A stretch of 64,000 nucleotides of DNA, from the NCBI GenBank assembly GCA_039414355.1, contig JBCDJN010000002.1, positions 42,443 through 106,442 on the forward strand, in the 5' to 3' direction. The notes beneath the pieces are model-generated. The model did not search any database, was not told where the DNA came from, and saw only the letters and a program-made list of their open reading frames with translations. Source of the DNA: Planctomycetota bacterium. GTDB lineage: Bacteria; Planctomycetota; Planctomycetia; Pirellulales; Lacipirellulaceae. The position numbers and the translations under genes were made by a program. Positions 54,052 through 61,982 of the stretch are shown in pieces; the first letter of the stretch is position 1; every line of letters starts with the position of its first letter.

Positions 54052-55482
54052 ATGAAGAAGTACGACTGCATCGTCATCGGCACCGGACCCGCCGGCCAGA
54101 AGGGCGCCATCCAGGCCGCCAAGCTGGGCCGCAAGGTGGCGGTGATTGAGAAGAACAACGTGCTCGGCGGCGCCCAGGTCAACACCGGCACCATCCCCAG
54201 CAAGGCGCTTCGCGAAGCGGTGATGCACCTCACCGGCGCCAACAAGCGCGGCCTCTTCGGCGAGAGCTACCGCGTGAAGAGCAACGTCACCGTCAGCGAC
54301 TTGGCGGCCGTCTCGCAGCAGGTCATGCGGCACGAGTGGGACACCATCCGCAACCAGTTTGACCGCAACGAGATCGACCTGATCTGGGGCGCCGCCCGCT
54401 TTGTGGGACCGAACCACATTGAGGTCGATTCGCCCGACGGCATGCAGACGCTCGAGGCCGACCGCTTCCTGGTGGCCGTCGGCACCCGGCCCGCTCGGCC
54501 GCCGCACATCCCGTTCAACGGGACCACCATCTGCACCAGCGACGACATCCTGCACATGGATCACATCCCCAAGACCATGATCGTGGTCGGCGGCGGTGTG
54601 ATCGGCACGGAGTACGCCTGCATCATGGCGACCCTCGGCATCCGCGTCACGCTCATCGAGGGCCGCAGCGAAGTGCTTGGCTTCCTCGATAAAGAGATCA
54701 CCGGCGCCTTCCAGTACTTCATGCGGCAGCGCGGCATCACACTCCGGCTGGGCGAGAAGGTGGAGAGCATCAAGGAAATCGACGCCCCGGAGAATGGCGC
54801 CGGCAACGGCAACCGGCCGAAGAAGCTTGTCGAGGCCTGCCTGGAGAGCGGCAAGTGCCTGAAGGCGGAGACGCTCCTCTTCGCCGTCGGCCGGCAGGGC
54901 GTCTGCGGCGCGCTGGGGCTGGACGCGGTGGGCATCGAGTTCGACGACCGCGAGCGGCTGCACGTCAACGAGCACTACCAAACCAGCGCCGAGCACGTGT
55001 ACGCCGCGGGCGACGTGATCGGCTTCCCGGCGCTCGCCTCAACCAGCATGGAGCAAGGCCGCCGCGCCGTGTGCCACGCCTTCGGCGTGTGCGACGTGCG
55101 GAACTACAACACGGAGCTGTTCCCCTTCGGCATCTACGCCGTGCCCGAGATCAGCATGGTGGGCAAGACCGAAGAGGAGCTCACCCGAGACGGCATCCCC
55201 TACGAAGCCGGCATGGCCCAATTCCGCGAGATCGCCCGCTGCCAGATCATGGGCGAAGACCAGGGCATGATGAAGCTGCTCATCCACCAGGACACGCACG
55301 ACATCCTGGGCGTGCACATCCTGGGCAACGGCGCCACGGAGCTGGTGCACATCGGCCAAGCGGTGATGGCCCTGGGCGGCACGGCCGAGTTCTTCATCGA
55401 CAACGTCTTCAACTGGCCCACCCTCGCCGAGTGCTACAAAGTGGCCGCCTACAACGGGCTGAACAAGCTGAACCACGTCTGA
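54052..55482 (+). CDS. sthA: soluble pyridine nucleotide transhydrogenase (flavoprotein disulfide reductase family without redox cysteines)
   Basis: MKKYDCIVIGTGPAGQKGAIQAAKLGRKVAVIEK is the FAD motif. GGAQVNTGTIPSKALREAV replaces the CxxxxC disulfide, as in SthA. The second dinucleotide motif is MIVVGGGVIGTEYA. Confidence 0.88.
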   Translation: MKKYDCIVIGTGPAGQKGAIQAAKLGRKVAVIEKNNVLGGAQVNTGTIPSKALREAVMHLTGANKRGLFGESYRVKSNVTVSDLAAVSQQVMRHEWDTIRNQFDRNEIDLIWGAARFVGPNHIEVDSPDGMQTLEADRFLVAVGTRPARPPHIPFNGTTICTSDDILHMDHIPKTMIVVGGGVIGTEYACIMATLGIRVTLIEGRSEVLGFLDKEITGAFQYFMRQRGITLRLGEKVESIKEIDAPENGAGNGNRPKKLVEACLESGKCLKAETLLFAVGRQGVCGALGLDAVGIEFDDRERLHVNEHYQTSAEHVYAAGDVIGFPALASTSMEQGRRAVCHAFGVCDVRNYNTELFPFGIYAVPEISMVGKTEEELTRDGIPYEAGMAQFREIARCQIMGEDQGMMKLLIHQDTHDILGVHILGNGATELVHIGQAVMALGGTAEFFIDNVFNWPTLAECYKVAAYNGLNKLNHV

Positions 55483-55503
55483 GCTGGTAGTGGCTCTTAC
55501 GGA

Positions 55504-55545
55504 GGTAGGGAGATCGGGGGGATGAGTTGGGGATAAGGGGGATGG
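55504..55545 (+). repeat. left arm of a 42-nt G-rich inverted repeat (G-quadruplex-capable on the plus strand)
   Basis: ggtaGGGagatcGGGGGGatgagttGGGGataaGGGGGatgg has four G-runs of at least 3 with loops of 5, 7 and 4 nt. It lies 22 nt after the sthA stop. Confidence 0.8.
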
Positions 55546-55726
55546 CGTTCGCCAGTTCTTCACTCGCCTCAGCTGGCGACTTGGGGTAGCACAAGCCGAT
55601 CGCTGCTGTTCAGGGTGCGGTGCACACTGGCGGCAAGAATGCGGCTTTGTCGAGGGAGTTTCTGGCGACACCTATTGCGGCGACTGTCTCGCGCTGGCGA
55701 AAGCTCATCGGCGGCCGGCCGTCGCT

Positions 55727-55939
55727 TTGCCATCGCAATCGCCGTTGGGCAGCCAAGGGTCAGGCGCAATCGATCCAAATCCGTACACGGCGCCAGTCTT
55801 CAACGACCAAGCATGTCGCCTGTGCGGGGTGGTGCAAGCAAGCGAACAGTTGCACTTTTTTACCAGCGATCGCGCTATCTGCTTCAACTGCACTGAGCAA
55901 GGCTTAGCACTGTTGGCGAAGCAGACGTCGACCGGCTAA
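55727..55939 (+). CDS. mini-protein with ClpX-type C4 zinc ribbon and NPYTAP motif
   Basis: 70-aa ORF with a TTG start. CRLC-x18-CFNC has the same CxxC-x18-CxxC spacing as the ClpX N-terminal zinc-binding domain. DPNPYTAPV lies upstream of it. The ORF is in a lower-GC islet. Confidence 0.45.
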   Translation: MPSQSPLGSQGSGAIDPNPYTAPVFNDQACRLCGVVQASEQLHFFTSDRAICFNCTEQGLALLAKQTSTG

Positions 55940-56026
55940 AGCTTGCAACGCTACGGCCGCGTGCTGCGTGCTCAAGACAAACAGCTCGCTCTCCGCATCG
56001 ACAGCTGGCGTAGCCCCGTCAGTGGG

Positions 56027-56068
56027 CCATCCCCCAATCCCCAGCGTCATCCCCCCGATCCCCCTACC
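56027..56068 (-). repeat. right arm of the G-rich inverted repeat (G-rich on the minus strand), overlapping the last codons of the desaturase gene
   Basis: The minus strand reads ggtaGGGGGatcGGGGGGatgacgctGGGGattGGGGGatgg. About 37 of 42 positions match the left arm. It encodes the desaturase C-terminus ...TVGGSGG*. Confidence 0.8.
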
Positions 56069-57075
56069 GTAGCCGAACCCGGCGCCCGGTCCGTCATCAG
56101 CTCGCGCATCACGCCGTCGTAGCCCTTCGTGACGTGGGCCGTAGAGCGGTAGTGCTCGTCGTCCATCAGTTCGCGGTGCAGCTCGGCGAGTCTTGGGCCC
56201 GGCACGCTGGGGAAGAGGTGGTGCTCCAGGTGGTAGTTGACGCCCACCGGGGAGATGAAGAGCCGCTCCCACCAGCGGGGGAGCACCGTCCGCGTGGCGC
56301 GGATCTCCTCGGCGTTGTCCACGCCGATGTGCTCGGCCGTGGCCCGGATGCGCATCGAGAGGTTCACCACCGTCAGCCCCGGCAGCAGGTAGACCGCCAC
56401 CACCGCCGCCGCCTGCCACGGCGCGGTGGAGAACCACCAGCCGAACAGCGCGTAAACCGCCGCGATGTTGAGCACATAGATGATGCGTGTGTGAAGCGGG
56501 AACGCCGGCGTGACGGGGCCCCACAAGTGCAACGCCGGCGACCACTGCTTGAACATCACGATGCCGCGATAAAAGTTCAGCCCGGTGAGACTCCGCACCA
56601 GCGTCCAATAAAACGCGGCGCGGGACTTCGGCCACTCGAACCACTCGCGTTCGGTCTTCTGGGCGGCGAGGTCGGGGTCTTCGTCCGTGTTCGTGTGGCG
56701 GTGGTGGGCGAGGTGGGTCTTGCGGTACAGCCCGGTCGACATGCCGATGGGGAACGCCAGGAAGAGGTCGCTGACCAGGTCGTTCAACCACTTGGTGCGG
56801 AAGAGCGAGTAGTGCACCGCCTCGTGCACCAGCACGCCCATCGCCACCTGCCGGGACCCCACCACCAGCCCCGCCGGGATCATCACCCACCAGTAGGGCA
56901 TCCAGCAGACGAGCGTCATCGCTAGCACCAGCGGCGCCCAGACTTCGAGGATCAGCCCCACACTCCGCAGCGGCCGCACCGCCGAGAGCCGGCGGACCGT
57001 CTCTGTGTGCGGCGCCCGCGGGTATCGGGCTGTGGGAGCGATCGCGTCGGGCGAAATCTCGGCGGAGATGGTCAT
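56047..57075 (-). CDS. membrane fatty-acid desaturase
   Basis: 342-aa ORF with three His boxes (HEAVHYSLF, HLAHHRHTN, HLEHHLFPSVP) and TM helices. Confidence 0.92.
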   Translation of the reverse strand: MTISAEISPDAIAPTARYPRAPHTETVRRLSAVRPLRSVGLILEVWAPLVLAMTLVCWMPYWWVMIPAGLVVGSRQVAMGVLVHEAVHYSLFRTKWLNDLVSDLFLAFPIGMSTGLYRKTHLAHHRHTNTDEDPDLAAQKTEREWFEWPKSRAAFYWTLVRSLTGLNFYRGIVMFKQWSPALHLWGPVTPAFPLHTRIIYVLNIAAVYALFGWWFSTAPWQAAAVVAVYLLPGLTVVNLSMRIRATAEHIGVDNAEEIRATRTVLPRWWERLFISPVGVNYHLEHHLFPSVPGPRLAELHRELMDDEHYRSTAHVTKGYDGVMRELMTDRAPGSATVGGSGG

Positions 57076-57283
57076 GCGGGTTCAATCCGGGGGAGTGCCG
57101 CCTGTGATAGTAACCCACGGCGATGGTAAACTCACGTGGCGAGGATCGCTCGGCGAAGCGAACGCCATCTGCCCACCTCGCTCCCGATCAGAATCGGAAG
57201 AGGGGAAGGATGCCGGCCAGCCGCGGGCACGCCTTTCGCCTTTCCCAACACGCCGCAAGAGCCAGCGAGCACGGACTAAAACA

Positions 57284-58372
57284 ATGGCAAGTTCTCCCCT
57301 TCGCGTCCTCGTCGTCGGCTGCGGCCACATGGGCGGCTCCCACGCCCGGGCTTACTACGCGCTTGATGGCTACGAGCTCGCCGGTCTAGTGGACCGCACC
57401 GGGCGCCGCAGCAAGCCGCTGGCGGAGACGGTCGGCAACCCGCCGCTGTTCACCGACTACCACGCTGCCCTTGCCGAGACCAAGCCGGACGTCGTCTCCA
57501 TCAACACCTACCCCGGCACCCACGCGGAGTTTGCGCTCGCCGCCATCGAGGCGGGCTGCCACGTCTTCGTCGAGAAGCCCATCGCCCCCACCGTGGAAGA
57601 AGCCCAACGCGTGGTCGACGCCGCGGCGGCCGCGGGCCGCAAGCTGGTCGTTGGCTACATCCTCCGCGTGCATCCCTCGTGGACCAAGTTCATCGAGCTC
57701 GCCCAGGGCCTGGGTAAGCCGCTGGTGATGCGGATGAACCTCAACCAGCAGAGCCAGGGCGAGAACTGGCAGACGCACCAGAAGCTCATCGAGGCGATGA
57801 ACCCCATCGTCGACTGCGGCGTGCACTACGTTGACGTCATGTGCCTGATGACCGGCGCCAAGCCGGTGCGTGTCTCGGCGATCGAGGCCCGGCTCACTGA
57901 CGACATCGCCCCCGGCCGCGTCAACTACGGCATGCTCCAAGTGGCGTTCGACGACGGCTCGGTCGGTTGGTACGAAGCGGGCTGGGGGCCGATGATGAGC
58001 GAGACCGCGTTCTTCATCAAAGACGTGGTGGGGCCGAAGGGCTCGGTGAGCATCGCCGGTCACAAGTCGAGCCGCGAAGACGACGGCGCCGGCAGCGACA
58101 ACGTGGACGATCACACCAAGACCGAAGCGCTGCTCGTGCACCACAGCGAGCTGAACGCCGAAGGAACCTTCGCCAAGGCGGACGATGTGATCAACCTGGC
58201 CGACGAGCCAACGCACGACGACCTCTGCCGCCGCGAGCAGGAGCTGCTGCTGGATGCGATCCACAACAACCGCGACCTCACCGATCACTGGCGGGACGCG
58301 GTCAACAGCCTCCGCATCGTGCTGGCGGCGGACGAGTCGGCCAGCACCGGCAAGACGGTGGAACTCACGTGA
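57284..58372 (+). CDS. Gfo/Idh/MocA-family oxidoreductase
   Basis: The ATG at 57284 gives MASSPLRVLVVGCGHMGGSHARAY, a Rossmann N-terminus. VFVEKP is the EKP motif. Confidence 0.9.
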   Translation: MASSPLRVLVVGCGHMGGSHARAYYALDGYELAGLVDRTGRRSKPLAETVGNPPLFTDYHAALAETKPDVVSINTYPGTHAEFALAAIEAGCHVFVEKPIAPTVEEAQRVVDAAAAAGRKLVVGYILRVHPSWTKFIELAQGLGKPLVMRMNLNQQSQGENWQTHQKLIEAMNPIVDCGVHYVDVMCLMTGAKPVRVSAIEARLTDDIAPGRVNYGMLQVAFDDGSVGWYEAGWGPMMSETAFFIKDVVGPKGSVSIAGHKSSREDDGAGSDNVDDHTKTEALLVHHSELNAEGTFAKADDVINLADEPTHDDLCRREQELLLDAIHNNRDLTDHWRDAVNSLRIVLAADESASTGKTVELT

Positions 58373-59577
58373 GCCGAGCGTCGACGAAAGCCCGATCGCT
58401 CGCCGTCGCTGTTGCTGCGCTGACGGTGCTGCATCCAGCCACCGCTGCGGGCGACATCTTCACCGACCTGATCGTCTTCGGGGACAGCCTCTCCGACTCC
58501 GGCAACACGCAGTACACCACCAGCACCGGATTCCTCGGCCTGTTCGCGCCGGACACGCCCGGCGACGCCTACTTCGAGGGCCGCTTCTCCAACGGCTTGG
58601 TTTGGACCGATTGGGCGTCGCGCGTGCTCACGCCGAGCGACCCCATTTCGCCCCAGCGGACCGGCGGCGACAACTTCGCCTTCGGCGGCGCTCGGACCGA
58701 GGGGACCGACTTTCTTACCGACATCTACATCGATGATCTGGTAACGCAGATCGACACGTTCCAGGCGGATCGGACCGGCGACCCCGACGCGCTCTATACG
58801 CTGCTGATCGGCGCCAACGACTTCTTCAACGATAACGCCTCTGGCACGCCGGTCGCGCAGCTCGACTTCAACACGCCCGCCCAGCGTGTCGGCGCCGCGC
58901 TGCAGGACTTGTACAACGAGGGCGCCCGCAACTTCCTGCTGCTCAACCTGCCGTGGATCGGGCTCACGCCTTCGTACAACGGCAACGCTACCGAGGCGGC
59001 CGCGTGGAACACACTCTCGCAGGACTACAACGCCCAGCTCGCCAGCCAAGCCGATCAGTTCCGCCTAGCGAACGCCGACGCGGTGCTGTTTGAGCTCGAC
59101 ACGGCCGGCCTCTTGAACAACACCATCGCAAACGCCACCGAGCTCGGCTTCACCAACCTCACGGACTCGGCGGCCCCGGGCCTGGAGCCGGGCGACAACG
59201 GGTACGACCCCTCGCAGATCGTCCCGAACCCCGATGAGTACGTCTTCTACGACGGCGTCCACCCCACCGCCCGCGTGCACAAGCTGCTCGGCTTCGCCGC
59301 GGTGCGGGCCGTTGTGCCGACGGGCGACTTCAACGTGGACGGCGAGGTGACCATCGCGGACTACGAGTTCTGGCGGGATAACTTCGGCTCGACCGAACTG
59401 CTCGAAGCCGACGCCAACGGCAACGGCGTCGTCGACACGGGCGACTACACCATCTGGCGAGACGCCTTCGCCGCCGCCGCGCCCGCCTCGGCGCCCGAGC
59501 CCACCGCCGCCGGCTTGCTCGCCGCTGTGTCGTTCATCCTCGCCAGCGGTCGCCGCCGTTCTACGTCGACCGACTAA
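58369..59577 (+). CDS. secreted SGNH/GDSL hydrolase with dockerin-like repeat and PEP-CTERM anchor
   Basis: The GTG at 58369 overlaps the upstream stop. After a signal peptide, FGDSLSDSGN is GDSL block I, GANDF is block III and YDGVHPT is block V. The C-terminus has GDFNVDGEVTIADYEFWRDNFG...VVDTGDYTIWRDAF...APEPTAAGLLAAVSFILASGRRR. Confidence 0.88.
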   Translation: MSRASTKARSLAVAVAALTVLHPATAAGDIFTDLIVFGDSLSDSGNTQYTTSTGFLGLFAPDTPGDAYFEGRFSNGLVWTDWASRVLTPSDPISPQRTGGDNFAFGGARTEGTDFLTDIYIDDLVTQIDTFQADRTGDPDALYTLLIGANDFFNDNASGTPVAQLDFNTPAQRVGAALQDLYNEGARNFLLLNLPWIGLTPSYNGNATEAAAWNTLSQDYNAQLASQADQFRLANADAVLFELDTAGLLNNTIANATELGFTNLTDSAAPGLEPGDNGYDPSQIVPNPDEYVFYDGVHPTARVHKLLGFAAVRAVVPTGDFNVDGEVTIADYEFWRDNFGSTELLEADANGNGVVDTGDYTIWRDAFAAAAPASAPEPTAAGLLAAVSFILASGRRRSTSTD

Positions 59578-59607
59578 CCAGCAACGCGAGCAAGGCAACG
59601 AACGAAC

Positions 59608-60918
59608 GTGACCGCCGACCCAAAGATTCTCGGCTACGAGGTCATCGACCTCCGCTTCCCAACGTCCGACCACGCCGCCGGCTCCGACGCCATGCACGGC
59701 GATCCGGACTACTCGGCGGCGTACGTGGTGCTGCAGACCAGCGACGATTCGCTGAAGGGTTACGGGCTCACCTTCACGCTTGGCCGCGGCACCGATCTCT
59801 GCGTGGCGGCGGCGCGGACACTGTGCGAGATGACCGTCGGCACGACGCTCCGCGAGATCACCAGCGACTTCGCCGGCTACTGGCGCCGGCTGACCAGCGA
59901 GTCGCAGTTCCGCTGGCTCGGCCCCGAGAAGGGCGTGGTGCACCTGGCCACCGCCGCGGTGGTGAACGCCGTTTGGGACCTCTGGGCCCGGGCCGAGGGC
60001 AAGCCGGTCTGGAAGCTCGCCACGGACCTCACGCCTGAGGAGCTCGTCAGCCTGATCGACTTCCGCTACCTGGGCAACGCGCTCACCCCCGGCGACGCGC
60101 TGCGGATCCTCGAAGCGAACGAGCCGACCAAGCACCAGCGTGAGCAAGAGCTGCTCGAACGCGGCTTCCCTGCCTACACCACTTCCGCCGGTTGGCTCGG
60201 CTACTCCGACGATCGGATCCGCCGCCTCTGCCGCGAGGCGCTCGCCGACGGCTGGGACACGTTCAAGCTCAAGGTTGGCGCCGACCTGGAAGACGACCGC
60301 CGCCGCGCCGCGATCATCCGCGAGGAGATCGGCCCCGACCGGCGGCTGATGGTCGACGCTAACCAGCGGTGGGAAGTGGACGAGGCGATCGCCTGGGTTA
60401 AGCAGCTCGCGGAGTTCAACCTCTGGTGGGTCGAGGAGCCCACGGCGCCGGACGACGCGGTGGCCCACGCCGAGATCGCCCGCGGCATCGCTCCCATCGG
60501 CGTGGCCACGGGCGAGCAGTGCCACAACCGGGTGCTGTTCAAGCAGCTGCTGCAGCTGGAAGCCATCTCGTTCTGCCAGATCGATTCGTGCCGGCTGGGG
60601 GGCGTCAACGAGGTGCTGGCGGTTATGCTCATGGCCAAGAAGTTCGGCGTGCCCGTCTGCCCGCACGCGGGCGGCGTGGGGCTGTGCGAGTACGTGAGCC
60701 ACCTGATCATGATCGACTACACCCGCATCGGCGCCAGCCTCGACGACCGCGTCTGCGAGTTCGTCGATCACCTGCACGAGCACTTCGTCGATCCCTGCCA
60801 AGTGGCGGGCGGACGCTACCTGCCCCCAACCGCGCCGGGCTACAGCGCCGAGATCAAACCAGACACCCTCGCCGACTACCGCTACCCCGACGGGCCGGTG
60901 TGGCGAAGCAAGAAATAG
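59608..60918 (+). CDS. fucD: L-fuconate dehydratase (enolase superfamily, mandelate racemase subgroup)
   Basis: 436-aa ORF. DLRFPTS...GSDAMHGDPDYSAAYVVL, SQFRWLGPEKGVVH, GYPAYTTSAGWLGYSD, KLKVGA, VDANQRW, WVEEPT, TGEQ and PHAGGVGLCE closely follow the FucD sequence as I recall it from Xanthomonas. Confidence 0.92.
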   Translation: MTADPKILGYEVIDLRFPTSDHAAGSDAMHGDPDYSAAYVVLQTSDDSLKGYGLTFTLGRGTDLCVAAARTLCEMTVGTTLREITSDFAGYWRRLTSESQFRWLGPEKGVVHLATAAVVNAVWDLWARAEGKPVWKLATDLTPEELVSLIDFRYLGNALTPGDALRILEANEPTKHQREQELLERGFPAYTTSAGWLGYSDDRIRRLCREALADGWDTFKLKVGADLEDDRRRAAIIREEIGPDRRLMVDANQRWEVDEAIAWVKQLAEFNLWWVEEPTAPDDAVAHAEIARGIAPIGVATGEQCHNRVLFKQLLQLEAISFCQIDSCRLGGVNEVLAVMLMAKKFGVPVCPHAGGVGLCEYVSHLIMIDYTRIGASLDDRVCEFVDHLHEHFVDPCQVAGGRYLPPTAPGYSAEIKPDTLADYRYPDGPVWRSKK

Positions 60919-60923
60919 GTCGT

Positions 60924-61064
60924 GTTGACTTCGCTCTCAGTTGTTCTTCGAACGGACGCACCACGCATCGAATCAAAGGCGGTCAGCGATCAGCATTCAG
61001 CTGTCAGCCACGAAACGGAAGCTGATGGCTGACCGCTGAACGCTGATCGCCCGCCGAAGTCAAC
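60924..61064. repeat. 141-bp palindromic intergenic element built from inverted TCAGC heptad repeats
   Basis: The outer 10-bp inverted repeat is gttgacttcg (60924-60933) / cgaagtcaac (61055-61064). The inner arms are 60978-61010 and 61026-61055, about 30 bp and imperfect. One arm holds four 7-nt-spaced TCAGC units and the other holds four GCTGA units. Confidence 0.8.
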
Positions 61065-61101
61065 GTTCTCGCCCGCCAACACGCTCAAGAAGGAACCACC
61101 A

Positions 61102-61947
61102 ATGAAGCTGCTACGCTACGGCAACCCCGGCGAAGAGAAGCCCGGATTGTTGGACGCCGATGGCGTGATCCGTTCGCTCGAAGGCGTCATTGACGACGTC
61201 GCCGGCGACGCGCTGTTGCCCGCGACCATGGAGAAACTGGCGGCGGTCGATCCCGCGAGCCTGCCCGCGGTCAAAGGCAATCCGCGTCTCGGCCCCTGCG
61301 TGGCGGGCACCGGCAAGTTCCTCTGCATCGGCCTCAACTACGCCGACCACGCCGCCGAAAGCGGCATGGAGCTGCCGCCCGAGCCGGTGCTGTTCATGAA
61401 GGCCACCAGCGCCATCGTGGGGCCGAACGACGACGTGGAGATCCCCCGCGGCTCCAACAAGACCGACTGGGAGGTGGAGCTCGGCGTAGTGATCGGCCAG
61501 ACCGCCAAGCACGTCACCGAAGCGGACGCCCTGAAGCACGTCGCCGGCTACTGCGTGGTGAACGACCTCTCGGAACGCGAGTTCCAGCTCGAGCGCGCCG
61601 GCCAGTGGGTCAAGGGCAAGAGCTGCGACACGTTCGCCCCCATCGGTCCGTACCTGGTCACGCCCGACGAGGTGGCCGACCCGCAGGACCTTTCGCTGTG
61701 GCTCGAAGTGGACGGCCACCGCTATCAGAATGGGTCGACTAAGACCATGGTTTTCGGCGTGGCCCACCTGGTGAGCTACCTCAGCCGGTTCATGTCGCTC
61801 CACCCGGGCGACATCATCTCCACCGGCACCCCACCGGGCGTCGGCCTGGGCCAAGACCCGCCGACCTACCTAAAGCCGGGCCAGACTATGCGGCTCGGGA
61901 TCGAAGGCCTCGGCGAGCAAGAGCAACGCACCGTGGCTTGCGCGTGA
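61102..61947 (+). CDS. fumarylacetoacetate hydrolase (FAH) family protein
   Basis: 281-aa ORF. It has KFLCIGLNYADHA, FMKATSAIVGPND, DWEVELGVVIG and PGDIISTGTPPGVG, which are FAH-fold motifs. Confidence 0.92.
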   Translation: MKLLRYGNPGEEKPGLLDADGVIRSLEGVIDDVAGDALLPATMEKLAAVDPASLPAVKGNPRLGPCVAGTGKFLCIGLNYADHAAESGMELPPEPVLFMKATSAIVGPNDDVEIPRGSNKTDWEVELGVVIGQTAKHVTEADALKHVAGYCVVNDLSEREFQLERAGQWVKGKSCDTFAPIGPYLVTPDEVADPQDLSLWLEVDGHRYQNGSTKTMVFGVAHLVSYLSRFMSLHPGDIISTGTPPGVGLGQDPPTYLKPGQTMRLGIEGLGEQEQRTVACA

Positions 61948-61982
61948 AAACGCGGGCGGCCGAGCTGCTAGAGTACGCAACC

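Noticed and set aside
53920-57118. Minus-strand ORFs 53920-54996 (358 aa) and 55904-57118 (404 aa)
   Set aside because: The first is antisense to sthA. The second is an alternative frame of the desaturase region that lacks the His boxes. The desaturase frame (56047-57075) has all three.
59065-60801. 578-aa minus-strand ORF
   Set aside because: It is antisense to the GDSL hydrolase and the unmistakable L-fuconate dehydratase. It has a low-complexity Arg/Gly/Val/His composition.
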